Positions 39,803-52,686 of a stretch of 64,000 nucleotides of DNA are shown in pieces (within the stretch, counting starts at the first letter, position 1; every line of letters starts with the position of its first letter). A program made the translations under genes and the position numbers. The stretch comes from Octopus vulgaris (Eukaryota), in contig OX597822.1 of assembly GCA_951406725.2 (NCBI GenBank), positions 67,456,001 to 67,520,000 on the forward strand. Reading direction: 5' to 3'. Below the pieces are notes generated by a model. It ran no database searches and was not told where the DNA came from. It saw only the letters and a list, made by a program, of their open reading frames with translations.

Positions 39803-40487
39803 TAATTACTTCACACTGTGCAGTTCAACGCCGAAAACCGAGAAATGCAGGACAGGTCACTTTGACATATCCACAGATTTAAACTCAGTTTTCGAATGCA
39901 AAATATCTCTCTGTCAGAATCTTCATTGGCGAGACATTTTTATACCATGAGATCTTACATCTGTACAGTCTAAGAACGCATCAATTATCTCTAGCCGTTG
40001 TTTTACTTGTTGATACTGCTATTGTTCTTCTTCTTGTTGGTTAATATCATATTAGCCCTGATAGAAAAAAGCAACCGATGTTCAAACGCTTCCTAAATCT
40101 GACCAGCCGGTTTTGAAACATATCAAAGATTACATTTTCCTTTATGTTGCCATTTGTTTAAGATGGTGGTGCTCGATTTAATTCGGGGCTGATCTAGCTG
40201 CTATATTTACCTTATCTATTTCCGTCTTGTCGTAGAATGTTCTACGCTGGTTCAGCATCAGATAAGTTATTCTCTTAGCTGGGTAAACGATTCTATATTA
40301 CATTTCTGTTCCTTAACGAAAAAATAGTCCGGCAAGCGGGTAGAACCATTAGCGTGCCGGACAAAACGCTTAGCGCCAAGTAGCATTTCATCCGGCGCTT
40401 TTCGCTTAGAGCTCAAATACCACTGAGATTGGTTTTCTTTTCATCATTTCGAGGTCGATAAATTAAGTACCAGCTAAACACTTTAAG

Positions 40488-40800
40488 GTGGAGGCGCAAT
40501 GGCCCAGTGGTTAGGGCAGCGGACTCGCGGTCGGAGGATCGCGGTTTCGATTCCCAAACCGGGCGTTGTGTGTGTTTATTGAGCGAAAACACCTTGAATC
40601 TCCACGAGGCTCCGGCAGGGGCTGGTGGCGGCCCCTTTTGTACTCTTTCGCCACAACTTTCTCACACTCTCTCTTCCTGTTTCTTGAGTAACGCTGCGAT
40701 GGACTGGCGTTCCGTCCAGCAGGGAGGAACGCATACGCCACAGAAAGCGAGAAACCAGGCCCATGAGCCTGGCTAGGCTTGAAAAGGGCGAAGAAAAAAG
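40488..40800 (+). mobile_element. SINE family C with 12-bp TSD, nested in a degraded family A copy (~40330-40880)
   Basis: AAACACTTTAAG at 40476-40487 and 40801-40812; tRNA-like head tggcccagtggttagggcagcggactcgcgg. Confidence 0.9.
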
Positions 40801-41360
40801 AAACACTTTAAGCCGATATAAACGGCTTCACCTCACCTCAAAATTGCTGCCTTTTTGCCACAATTAGAAATAATTATTGCCTCTTAACAAGTGGTTTATC
40901 TCTTGTAATTAACTGCAAACCAGCTTATTAAAGAATATTTATGTAACCACATTGATATTCTAGAAATAGCACACGCACATACATTATATAATGTGTTCCT
41001 AAATACTCCATACTCTACAGAATGTCAGTATCGCTATGGTGAGAACTCGAATATCGTTAACAGAAATCTATTCAGAGTGGAATTGGGATTCAAAAACAAA
41101 CAAGAAAATTAAAGCCTTACCGAACGACGAAGATTTTGCGTAATCATACGATTTACTAGAAATAGCAGGCAAAAAAAAAATGTCACAAAAACGAAGGGTA
41201 CATTGCGATAAGTAGTTCTAGATAGATATATCCCTCCCAAAAAAATGCGATTGTCATAGTTGATCATTGTCCATATGACTCTGATCAGATTCAAGGTTAA
41301 GTAAAAGCAACAAGAAGTTATCAGTAAAATTAGATACGCTGGGTTGAATGTTATATAGGA

Positions 41361-41372
41361 GACATCAATGGA

Positions 41373-41424
<52 letters not shown>

Positions 41425-41494
41425 CATCAATGGAAAGAAAGTAAGAAAGCAGGAAAGAAAAGGAAAGAAAGAAAGAAAGAAAGAAAGAAAGGAA

Positions 41495-41532
<38 letters not shown>

Positions 41533-41584
41533 GAAAGAAAGAGCGAGAGAAAGAAAGACATCAATGGAAAGAAAGAGGAAGGAA

Positions 41585-41637
<53 letters not shown>

Positions 41638-41656
41638 GAAGAAAGGAAGAAAGGAA

Positions 41657-41721
<65 letters not shown>
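41361..41721. repeat. (GAAA)n tract with thrice-repeated gacatcaatg spacer
   Basis: Direct reading. Confidence 0.92.
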
Positions 41722-42342
41722 TATAACATGGAACTTACATGGAAATCGTCTTACATAAAATTCTGTAATTAAACCCTACTTTTTTTCAGCCCTTATTTCA
41801 CCAAAATTTACGTTAGCAGCAGGAAGCTGGAAGAAAAAAGAAGAAAAAAAACATCAGTTAATCTTATTAAAGGCATGTGCCTACTAAGATGAAATAAAAA
41901 CAAGAATTAAAATATTCATTTTCTACATCATTTGATCGTTCACAGAACATCAAACGACAATATGCTGTCAATATGCGAAATCACTCCAGGGAGATCAAAA
42001 GATTTTTCCAGTAACCAAGTAAAAAACCAAAAAGAAAACTTTTATCTCTTCCCAGCGGTAGTCATACATCATTCTATTATCATGTCACTGACGTATTTAC
42101 AAAAATCAACGATGGAGTCTCAACGTGGTATCTCGACATGCTGGAAATAGCGGCTAAATTTCAATAAACACACACGCCCTGCCGTCTTATAAATATGAAT
42201 TACGTATTGAGGATCTTGTTAATTTTTTTCCAACCACTTGAATTTTTTCAAATTGTCAAAGATTATTTTCAAAAATTCTAGTTCTGATATAATTTTGCAT
42301 GCGGATGAGAAAAATCGCAATTTTTTTTTTTTTTTTTTTTTT

Positions 42343-42561
42343 GTACTTGTTTCAGTCATTTGACTGCGGCCATGCTGGAGCCATGCCTTTAGAGTGGTGA
42401 AAGAGTACAGCAGGGATCACCACCTCCTGCCGGAGCCTCGTGGAGCTTTTAGGTGTTTTTTTCGCTCAATAAACACACACAACGCCCGGTCTGGGAATCG
42501 AAACCGCGATCCTCCGACCGCAAGTCCGCTGCCCTAACCACTAGGCCATTGCGCCTCCACG
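42343..42561 (-). mobile_element. Chimeric SINE: family C head joined to family B tail
   Basis: Family C head/body 42391-42561 abuts tacttgtttcagtcatttgactgcggccatgctggagc (family B tail). Confidence 0.75.
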
Positions 42562-43025
42562 TTAGTTTTTTTTCTCCAAAAATTAATTTGAATGAAGCTA
42601 CAAGCATATAAAATTATGTAACTTTACAAGCATATAAAATTATGTAACTTTAACCAATCGTAAACCTAGTTTGTTGACATTTAATCTTTAATCAACGCAG
42701 ACATGGAATCAACGCAGAGGAAATTTCATCAAACTACACTATATCGTCTAAAGCAGTGGTTCCCAAGCTTTTGCAGGCTGCCGCCCTTTTGGCACTTGGG
42801 CCACATACCTAGCGCCCTCATCCCCAACACCACCACACAGCACCACAAACGTAGATCACTTTCTATAGCAAATTCAAAACAACTGTATTCTACAAATAGA
42901 ACTTTTTTTTGGGGGGGGGGGTAATTCCATCACCCCCTTTACACACCTTATTGTTACCCCACTTTGTTTTAACGCCCCTCTTGATCCTTCCGTCGTCCAC
43001 AGAGGCGTGGGGCAGTACCGCCCAC

Positions 43026-43058
43026 TTCTCATTCCTAAGGTAGTTTTCGATGTTGTTG

Positions 43059-43100
<42 letters not shown>

Positions 43101-43201
43101 TCACTGCACATGGGCATATGGCGTAGTGGTTAAGAGCGCGGGCTACTAACTCCAAGATTCCGAGTTCGATTCCAGGCAGTGACCTGAATAATAATAATAA
43201 C

Positions 43202-43272
<71 letters not shown>

Positions 43273-43464
43273 CAACAACAACATCGAAAAATACCTGAGG
43301 TATGAGAACACAGGTTCGAAATTTTCCCAAGACACCTGATGAAGGGTGGAGGGTATATCAGCCGAAAAGTTGTGTTAACAACAAACAAGATGGGGACAAA
43401 TATCCGTCAAATGTAAATAATGTAAATAATGTACATAATTCCTCATCTCTTAAATATAGAACTG
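43026..43464 (+). mobile_element. SINE family E, most complete copy, with upstream inverted partial copy
   Basis: Sense element 43112-43464 (A/B boxes, (AAT)n, hammerhead motif 43331-43376); 43026-43107 is the reverse complement of 43176-43308. Confidence 0.9.
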
Positions 43465-44084
43465 AAGAAGTAGTCTGGATTAAACAACCAAAGTGACGTA
43501 TTTGATGATACAATACACACAAATACAACAAAGTATACTCAGGAAACAGTTTTAAACTACTAAATCATGTAAAGCAGGTCCAACGTGGCATATGAGTCTC
43601 ATGAGGAATGTTTTCTTTTATATGCTGTCAAATACAGGAATAAATCTGAGCTATTGGGCTACCCTATCCAGTAGTCAGAATTAACGGCAAATCCAAGAAA
43701 ATTGTCTCTAAACTGATTTCATCAAGATCCGAAAACACCACTACATCTTCCTTAGGTTAATCAGCTTCTTACACATTTCAGACACGTAGGTTGCTTTGCG
43801 CCTTGAAATTCTATCTAATTTATATTTGCCTCACATTCTTTCCAGATCGATCAAATAAAATACCAGTCAAGAATTGATGTCCATACAATAGATTAAAACT
43901 AGTTTCTCTCAGGTTGAACGAATTTCCTCAGTGGTTAGCCTGGCTGTATGGTTAAGATGCTCGCTTTCCAACCACGTGATTTCAAGTTGAGCCCTACTGA
44001 GCGGCACATTGTGTAAGTATTTTCTTCTACGAACCCCAATTAATGTCTCGTGAATGAATTTGGATGGCAGAAATTGTTGGAAGT

Positions 44085-44502
44085 TAGGGCGGCGAGCTGG
44101 CAGAATCGTTAGCACGCCGGGCGAAATGCTTAGCGGTATTCCGTCTGCCGCTACGTTCTGAGTTCAAATTCCACCGAGGTCGACTTTGCCTTTCATCCTT
44201 TCGGGGTCGATTAAATAAGTACCAGTTATGCACTGGGGTCGATATAATCGACTTAATACGTGTGTCTGTCCTTGTTTGTCCTCTCTGTGTTTAGCTCCTT
44301 GTGGGTAGTAAAGAAATAGGCATTTCGTCTGCCGCTACGCTCTGAGTTCAAATTCCGCCGAGGTCGACTTTGCCTTTCATCCTTTCGGGGTCTATAAATA
44401 TGAACCAGTTACGCACTGGGGTCGATGTAATCGACTTAATCCCTTTGTCTGTCCATTTTTGTCCCCTCTATGTTTAGCCCCTTGAGGGCAATAAAAAAAA
44501 GA
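44085..44502 (+). mobile_element. Dimeric SINE family A with 16-bp TSD, nested in a degraded family B copy (~43930-44730)
   Basis: AGAAATTGTTGGAAGT at 44069-44084 and 44503-44518; internal junction aagaaata|ggcatttc at 44318/9. Confidence 0.92.
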
Positions 44503-45686
44503 AGAAATTGTTGGAAGTCTGTTTTGTGTGCGTGTGTGTTTATGCGTGTGTATCTGTCTGTGTGTGTTTGTGCGTGTGTTTGTTACCACCACCCAACCGC
44601 TTAACAGCCAGTGTTGGTTTGTTTACGACCCCGTCGTTTACCGGTTTGGCAAAAGTCTCCGATAGACAAAGTACCAGAATGGGAAATGAATAAAAGGGTC
44701 AATTTGCTCGAATAGAGCAATTCAAGGCAGCCATCAAATTTCTGTGCTCGACTATTATTGTGTTCCGAAGTCTGTTTGATAGAAGAAAACTGGTTTGAGA
44801 CTACTACGTGGACTTCTCAACAAGTTTGAGTTAAAACAAGATACATTTACAGGAAGAGAATTAATACATCCACCATAAATAGCGAGTAACATTAGAGAGA
44901 ACGATAGAATTCTCGGCTTCGCGTCAATCAATAGAAGCCTCAAAAGTGAAGAGTGGTTGTCTTAGAGACTGTCCTCATTTCATTGGGAAGTGTTCAAGAC
45001 AGAATGGTGGAGCTATTAAGCAATCAATACAACGAGACAAAGTCAATAAGGAACAAATGAAAATTGAGTGATTAGGAATTGTAGTGTCTTTAGTTTAGAT
45101 TTTCAACGAATTTTACCTGATTCCTTTTCATCTCTTACTAATTGCTTACAGTCAAAAGGCTTCATGCTCGTTGTTCACTAATTTCAACTTTACCTGATAT
45201 CAAGGAACGCTCTGACCCACGTTCGTAAGCAACGTATGTGCTTGCGTGTGTGTCGTGTGCATGTGTGAGTGTGTCGTGTGCATGTGTACGTCTTCATATG
45301 TGTTGTTGCGTACGTGTGCGGGAATGTTGTGCGTCTGTCCGTGAGTATTCGTTCGAACGTCAGACAGTGACCATGCAGGGCCCACTTCAGTACTTATTTC
45401 GAAGTCTGGCACTCGTTTTAGCGATTATTTCAGCTGCATCAGTATCTTACGGTTTATAAACACGAGAAGACGAACATAGAGTAAGCTTCATATAAACGTA
45501 CATATACGAAGAAATATACACTCACATACAATCCAACAAACCAATATATATATATATATATATACACATAGAGAAACACAAGCACAAAGACACACACACA
45601 CACACGCATACACACACACGCACACATACACACACACACACGCACACATACACACACACGCACACATACACACACACACGCACACG

Positions 45687-45743
<57 letters not shown>

Positions 45744-45744
45744 C

Positions 45745-45873
45745 CGACGGGCTTCTTTGGTTGGTCCAAGGCTAAAGTAGAAGACACTTGCCCAAGGTGC
45801 CAGGCAGTGGGACTGAACCCTGAACCATGTTGTTGGTATGCATACTACTTACCATACATTCACTCCTGCGCCT
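45745..45873 (-). mobile_element. SINE family B, 5' portion
   Basis: gaagacacttgcccaaggtgccaggcagtgggactgaaccc...cactcctgcgcc. Confidence 0.8.
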
Positions 45874-46686
45874 ATATATACATACATATAGCTTTCGTTG
45901 ACCAATTTCGCTCAAAAGATATTGATTGCGCAGAAGTTATAAAAGAAGGCCTATGGTTTCTTGCCTAAGATACAACGCACAAGAATTGAAACCGCGAAAG
46001 CAGGGAACAAGCAGGACTTCGTAACCACTTAGCCATTCCTGCACCCAATATGATGTGCATGTAAGATCGGTGCATATCAATGGATATGCGTGTTTGTGTG
46101 TGTTTCCTTGTGTGTGAGGGGCGTACGTGTGCGTGTGCGTGTGTGTATGTATTTTCTTACGAAACAGTAGAAGAAAATATTATGAAAGAACGTGACTAAA
46201 AAAACTACTCCGATAAGCTATAAGCAAATCCTAAATTACGAGTAATAAAGGTCATAATACTTATTCGAGTCCATTTCATTTCGAAACCTTATTAATTCTG
46301 TGATGGAATATCATTTTTGCAATACCTTTCCTTTATTCTACTCTGAAAAAAAAATTGCTTTTAATGCAGAGTAAAAACCATATACGAAAATATTGATGAT
46401 ATTAGCTTAGAAAATGTCAATAGTAATACCAACATAAAGCATATGGTGTGTTTTTTCTGTGTGTTTCTACAGGCTCGGAGTGTTTATATTGGCTGTAGTG
46501 TATGTTTCATCGGTGAAAAGCAATGTTGTCATGAACGAGGAGGAACTTTTAACAAACACAATAAGTTACTTTCTTTCGACGCTCTTAACAGAGAAAGGGA
46601 AAGAGGATGAGAGGTGGGCGAGTGATAGAGACGACGAGGGAGAAAGGTAGACAGGAAGATAGAAGGAAGAAAGGTAGCTCTTCTTT

Positions 46687-46842
46687 AGAGTGGTTGTTCG
46701 GTATGTAGTTTGCTTACCAACCACATGGCTCCGGGTTCAGTCCCACTGTGTGGCACCTTGGGCAAGTGTCTTCTACTATAGCCTCGGGCAGACCAAATCC
46801 TTGTGAGTGAATTTGGTAGACGGAAACTGAAAGAAGCCTGTC

Positions 46843-46907
<65 letters not shown>

Positions 46908-47145
46908 TCTGTTTGTGTATGTGTGTGCATGTTTGTATATCTGTGCTTGTCCCCACCACCCTCGCTTAACAACTGATTTTGCTGTGTTTACGTCTCCGTA
47001 ACTTAGCGCTTCGGCAAAAGAGACCGATTGAATAAGTACTAGCCTTACAAAGAGTAACTCCTGGGATCGAATTGTTTGACTAAAGGCGGTGCTCCAGCAT
47101 GGCCGAGCTCAAATGACTGAAACAAGTGAAAGAATAAAAGAATAA
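46687..47145 (+). mobile_element. SINE family B, full length
   Basis: Head, caccttgggcaagtgtctt, internal TG tract, tail ggcggtgctccagcatggccg...gactgaaacaag. Confidence 0.92.
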
Positions 47146-47191
47146 TATATATATACTTCTATATATATATATATATATATATATATTCTTT

Positions 47192-47293
<102 letters not shown>

Positions 47294-47659
47294 TATAGAT
47301 AGATAGATAGATAGATATTATATACTATATTTTAGTGACCTAAAATTATGTTCCTTATTTACAAGTATTCTATCACAATCTTTCATCTCGTAAAATGTTG
47401 CGATGGTTACTTTGTATCGTCTGCACTTCCTCGTATCTGTCTTATCTTCCAAAGATTCGCTTCCGTGACATTTTATAAAACATACGGAGCAATAAGATGC
47501 TTCTCCGGCATTGGACTGGCTGACTATGCACCGCTACAATTTATCGTCATCACCACAGCAACATCATCATTATCACCATCATCGCAGTCTTCATCTCCAT
47601 CAAGGCCTTTGTCATCATCATTATCATCAACATCATCATTATCACCACCAGGTTAGCAG

Positions 47660-48460
47660 AATAATGAACTCCATGAAACCGTGTTAGTGACAGCCCTAAT
47701 GGAGACCAATGAGGATGGTAATAGCACCACCGGCAATTAGGATGAGGAAGAGGATTTCTTCAGCAACATCACTCGTTTCCAGGAGGGCAGGAGCCACAGT
47801 TCACTGAAATCCAGGGCACGGAACTTGGTGAAGGCCCGGTTGGAGGCTGTCTCAAAGAAGGTCCAGACTGAAGTTGCCTTTTTGGGTGAGCAGGCCTTGA
47901 TTGACCTGTTCACCAAGTGTAACACTGCCATTCCATCCAGTGCTGCAGATAAGTGCCTATTCTCTATAGGTAAAGATATTTTGAGGACTAAGGGAGCCAC
48001 TCTGTCAGGTGCTAATTTTGAGAGGCTGATGTTTTTGAAGGGCAATCAGCATCAAGTCGAGGTGATGGAGAAGTCCCAGCCAAAGTAATACACCTTGATC
48101 ATCATCTGATCTTGGAATGGTACCTATGCTATACTATATCTTTTTGATTCGTTTAATACTTTTTATACTGTAAATAAAGTGTATGTTGACTGAAAATTGA
48201 ATATTCAATTACATTTGTTCATTTACTTATTCGCGTATGCCTTGATCATTATCTGATCTTGACATACCTTTTTGGAAAGCTATATGTCTAAACTACAATG
48301 TGAAGATTTTCAGCTCTCTAGGTCTGTGTCCAGGGGTTTTAGAACCGAAATACCAAATCGAAACTAAATTCATACGATAACATTTGGCGGTTATCATTTC
48401 GCGTTAGCTTCCGCTAATTTTTTAAACCTTTCTAGCGGTTTAGCTTGTTATCTGTCCTCA
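47660..48460 (+). mobile_element. hAT transposon relic (C-terminal dimerisation domain)
   Basis: ORF 47825-48088 LFTKCNTAIPSSAADKCLFSIGKDILRTKGATLSGANFERLMFLKGN resembles the hATC motif P-SS-A-ER-FS...R..L....E.L.FL..N; outer boundaries approximate. Confidence 0.8.
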
Positions 48461-48773
48461 CCGCCGTTAACATCAAGAAAGAACTTCATAACGTTTTGTA
48501 TCTCTATGAAGCATGACCCCAAAACTGATTTCATGAAATGATATCGTTTTTTTTTCCACCAAGATCTAAACGTAATCTCATATTTGTATTTTCTTATGAT
48601 GAATTAACCATATTCTTAATTTATGAGATACATCAATAAACATATGTTGATGTCTGTGTGAAGGTTTGTAGGTGTGTATGTGTCGCTGTCTTGCTGCATT
48701 TATAAGCGTTCGTATGTGTCTACACACACACACACACACAGCCTTTCACTTTATCTTTCATTCTCTCCCTCTT

Positions 48774-48830
<57 letters not shown>

Positions 48831-48959
48831 CATTGATGCATGCACAGACACACACACACACACAGAAAAAAGAAACGCTTACAGATGCAGAAAGATGGAT
48901 GCACACGCGCGCGCACACAAACAAACACACACACATGCACATGCACACGCGCACGCGCG

Positions 48960-48996
<37 letters not shown>

Positions 48997-49478
48997 GCAC
49001 ACACACACGGGCACACACACACGGGCACACACATAAACAGTCACACATACACACACAGAAATGGATACAGATGTAGAAAGATAGTGACGCCCATATACAC
49101 ATGCACATATACACTATACACATACACACAAACACACACACACACACACATGAACACACTCACATGAATACACACACACAAACCAATAAGCGTTTTTATT
49201 TATTTGTCTCATAAATTAAGTTTATTCTTGATCCGCGACTACATAAATGCAAGCGTGGCTGAATGGTTAAATCCTTCAATTCGTTACCACGAAATTGCAT
49301 GTTCGAGATCATTGCGAGAGCGTCAAGTCAAGTATCTTTACCATAGTATCCGGCTGCCTAGAGATTTTTGATTAAAACTAGGTTTACGGAAATCTATTAC
49401 AGACCGATTCAAGAGATTGTAACCGTATTTTGCAGAGCCAACATTTTATATTCATTCTACTTGTAGTCATGTTAAGCG

Positions 49479-49869
49479 GAGGCGGAATGTTCCAGTGGTT
49501 AGGGCAGCGGACTCGCGGTCATAGGATCGCGGTTTCGATTCCCAGACCGGGCGTTGTGAGTGTTTATTGAGCGAAAACACCTAAAGCTCCACGAGGCTCC
49601 GGCAGGGGATGGTGGTGATCCCTGCTGTACTCTTTCACCACAACTTTCTCTCACTCTTACTTCCTGTTTCTGTTGTACCTGTATTTCAAAGGGCCGGCCT
49701 TGTCACTCTCTGTGTCACGCTGAATATCCCCGAGAACTACGTTAAGGGTACACGTGTCTGTGGAGTGCTCAGCCACTTACACGTTAATTTCACGAGCAGG
49801 CTGTTCCGTTGATTCGGATCAACCGGAACCCTCGTCGTCGTAACCGACGGAGTGCTTCCAAAATCCAAC
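49479..49869 (+). mobile_element. SINE family C, full length with 13-bp TSD
   Basis: GTCATGTTAAGCG at 49466-49478 and 49870-49882; tail gtaaccgacggagtgcttcca. Confidence 0.92.
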
Positions 49870-50042
49870 GTCATGTTAAGCGTCTTTGTGTCTGCCACAT
49901 TAATTAAATGTGTAGGCCGTAGTGTTGGTCAAATAGCTTAATGTTCATGAGTCAGATAACAGGACGGTTATGTGTCAAATAGCTATACGATCAGAGTTCT
50001 ATTCCTGAACTGGGCTATGTGTTGTGTTCTTGAGCAAGACAT

Positions 50043-50215
50043 AGGCGCAGGAGTGGCTATGTGGTAAGTAGCTTGCTTACCAACCACATGATTCTGGGTT
50101 CATTCCCACTGCGAGGCACCTTGGGCAAGTGTCTTCTACTATAGTCTCAGCCGACCAAAGCCTTGTGAGTGGTTTTGGTGGACGGAAACTGAAAACCCGT
50201 CGCATGTATATATAC

Positions 50216-50282
<67 letters not shown>

Positions 50283-50492
50283 TGTGTCTGTGTTTGTCCC
50301 ACCCCAACATCGCTTGACCACCGATGCTGGTGTGTTTACGTCCCCGTAACTTAGCGGTTCGGCAAAAGTGATCGATAGAATAAGTACTAGCCTTACAAAG
50401 AATAAGTCCTGGGGTCGATTTGCTAGACTAAAACGCAGTGCCCAGTATGGCCGCAGGCAAATGACTGAAACAAGTAAAAGAGCAAAAGAGTA
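50043..50492 (+). mobile_element. SINE family B, full length, inserted in a family D SINE
   Basis: ggcgcaggagtggctatgtggtaagtagcttg...gactgaaacaagtaaaagag; flanks ttcttgagcaagac / agatactttatttc continue family D. Confidence 0.9.
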
Positions 50493-51018
50493 AGATACTT
50501 TATTTCGCGTATCTCCTGTTCACTCAGCTGTAGAAATGAACTGCGTTGTTACTGGTGCCAAACTGTGTCGGCCTTTGCTTTTTCCCTTGGGCAACGTCGG
50601 TGGCGTGGAGAGGGGAGACTGGTTTGCATGGGTGACTGTTGGTCTTCCATAAAACAACCTTGCCTCGCAGGAGACCTTTGTAGATTCAATTTCATGGTCA
50701 TTCATGATCGAAGGGGTCATTTCATATATCAAATAACTGGGCATTCATAATAGACCAGACAGTCTAATATGTATGAATATGAGACGTCACTGGTGCCAAG
50801 CTGTATCGGCCCTTGCCTTTTCCCTTGGGGAACATCGGTGGTGTGAAGAGGGGAGACTGTTATGCATGGATGACTGCTGCTCTTCCATAAAACAACCTTG
50901 CCCGAACTTGTGCCTCGGACTGGAACTTTCTAGGTTCAATCTCAAGGTCATTCATGACCGAAAGGTTCCTTCCGTGTATCAAATAACAGGACGTTCATAA
51001 TAGATCAGACAGTCTAAT
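50493..51018 (+). mobile_element. SINE family D body/tail, tandemly duplicated
   Basis: Two diverged units (~50550-50768 and ~50788-51018) with ggagaggggagact, ccataaaacaaccttgcc, ggtcattcatga; same family inverted at 55625-55960. Confidence 0.75.
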
Positions 51019-51988
51019 GTGTGTGTGTATATGTGTGTATGTATATGTGTGTATACACACACATACATACATACACTCGCACACACACACACACACACTT
51101 GCACAGACACACACGTACATACAGAGCGAGAGAGGTCCTTGATAAGCTAACATATATCATCTTATAAAACTGTTACTATACACTGGCCAAAACAAGACAT
51201 AAAAGACCTTCAAAACCATAAAAGATAAGCCACTTATTCAAAGATGTAAACAGCCTGGCCCCTTACACAAATGAAAATAAACCTCTACCATAACCATTTC
51301 ACCCGGAAGTTGTTCCTAATTTATCTTTAGTAATCTGCTTCTCGTCATGGATACAATTATGCCATCTGGAATGAACTAGATATGCAAAATATAACGTTTA
51401 AGATTCCGTTTTTGTTTTCTTTCCTAGTTTTGTTTAGTGTTATGTTTTCTTTTCATTTTTATCTTCTTGATTATTCTAAGTAGGTAAATTACAAAGATAC
51501 CCCCACAAATACACACGTACCACCCCCAGCTTTAGTATGTGGTTTTTTTAAAAATTTTTTGCTGGAGCTTTTTAAAGATAAAATTTTAGATACATAGAGA
51601 AAGGAAGTGGGATAGGAAAAAAAAAAAAGAAGATTCAATGTATAGCAGGAGAGATTTAACTGTAGGATAATTTAATTATCTGAATGATAGACAAGTGAAT
51701 AATGTTATTCAAAAGAGATTTTGTTGTGATATGTCATGGAGCAGTAAAGATATATGTAGACACTGGATTTTCTTCATTTGCTGTCAATCATAATATATAA
51801 TCGCCTTGGAGCTATCTATATATGCTTCTTTTTTTCTTTTTTTTTTCTTTTTTTTTGTTTCCTTAATGCGCAGAAATAAATACATACACCGATGCATTTT
51901 ATGAATACAAATGTATTAGTTACTATCAAAATGTCCTCTTGGATATGTATTACATATAAATATATGTCTGTATCTGTCCGTCTGTCCG

Positions 51989-52025
<37 letters not shown>

Positions 52026-52465
52026 GTATGTATGTATGTATGTATGTATGTATGTATGTATGTATGTATGTATGTATGTGTGTGTGTGTGTGTAAATATA
52101 TATATATATTGTTGACGTCATAAGAATTTATTAACTTTAGACAAAAGAAACGGGAACTGGATCTCGAAGGACATAAATGCTATGAATAATAGCAAGTAAA
52201 TGTTGGGTTGAAATGCCCCAGTTAAAAAGAGAAGGGCGAAAGCAACCCGTGGTACTCGAATTCGCATCTCCTGTAAACATAATAGGCCTTTTATTACTGG
52301 ACCAAAGTAATCATTTAAATATTTGCATCCATTTTCGAAACATTATTTTAACCAGTGAGGATTTTAGACGGGATAAGGACTAACAAAGTTTCGAGAGTAC
52401 GTGAAATAATACGTTTTTGGAAATGAATCTCGAAGCTCATATACGCTATAAGTAGTAACTGATAT

Positions 52466-52686
52466 TTATGCCAACGGGTAAATGTTGTGTATATAATACA
52501 ATGTAACAAATGCAATAAGTTCTATGTGAGTAGCACAACAAGACCATTCGTTACATGTCGGCATCAAAGAACATCTGAACACAAGAGCTTCCTCCTTTAG
52601 AAAACATCTAGACAGATGCCGGAACACCAACAAAAGCATAACAGTCACAACTGAGGTCAATGAAAGAAATTTGAGTAATTTAACAA
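52466..52686 (+). mobile_element. Penelope-like element relic, GIY-YIG endonuclease fragment
   Basis: NVVYIIQCNKCNKFYVSSTTRP...(frameshift) IKEHLNTRASSFRKHLDRC matches the PLE GIY-YIG pattern VVY..C..C...Y(V/I)G.T.R.L..R..EH. Confidence 0.75.

Noticed and set aside
39400-39882. Ser/Gly-rich 160-aa ORF resembling a structural protein
   Set aside because: Composed of (AGT)n/(GGT)n repeats; no supporting gene structure
41348-41772. Lys/Glu/Arg-rich ORFs
   Set aside because: (GAAA)n translation
42599-42652. 26-bp perfect tandem duplication
   Set aside because: Ordinary slippage duplication with no further signal
43112-43185. Apparent tRNA gene (also the heads of families A-D)
   Set aside because: Poor acceptor-stem pairing and always fused to the same downstream body; these are SINE heads
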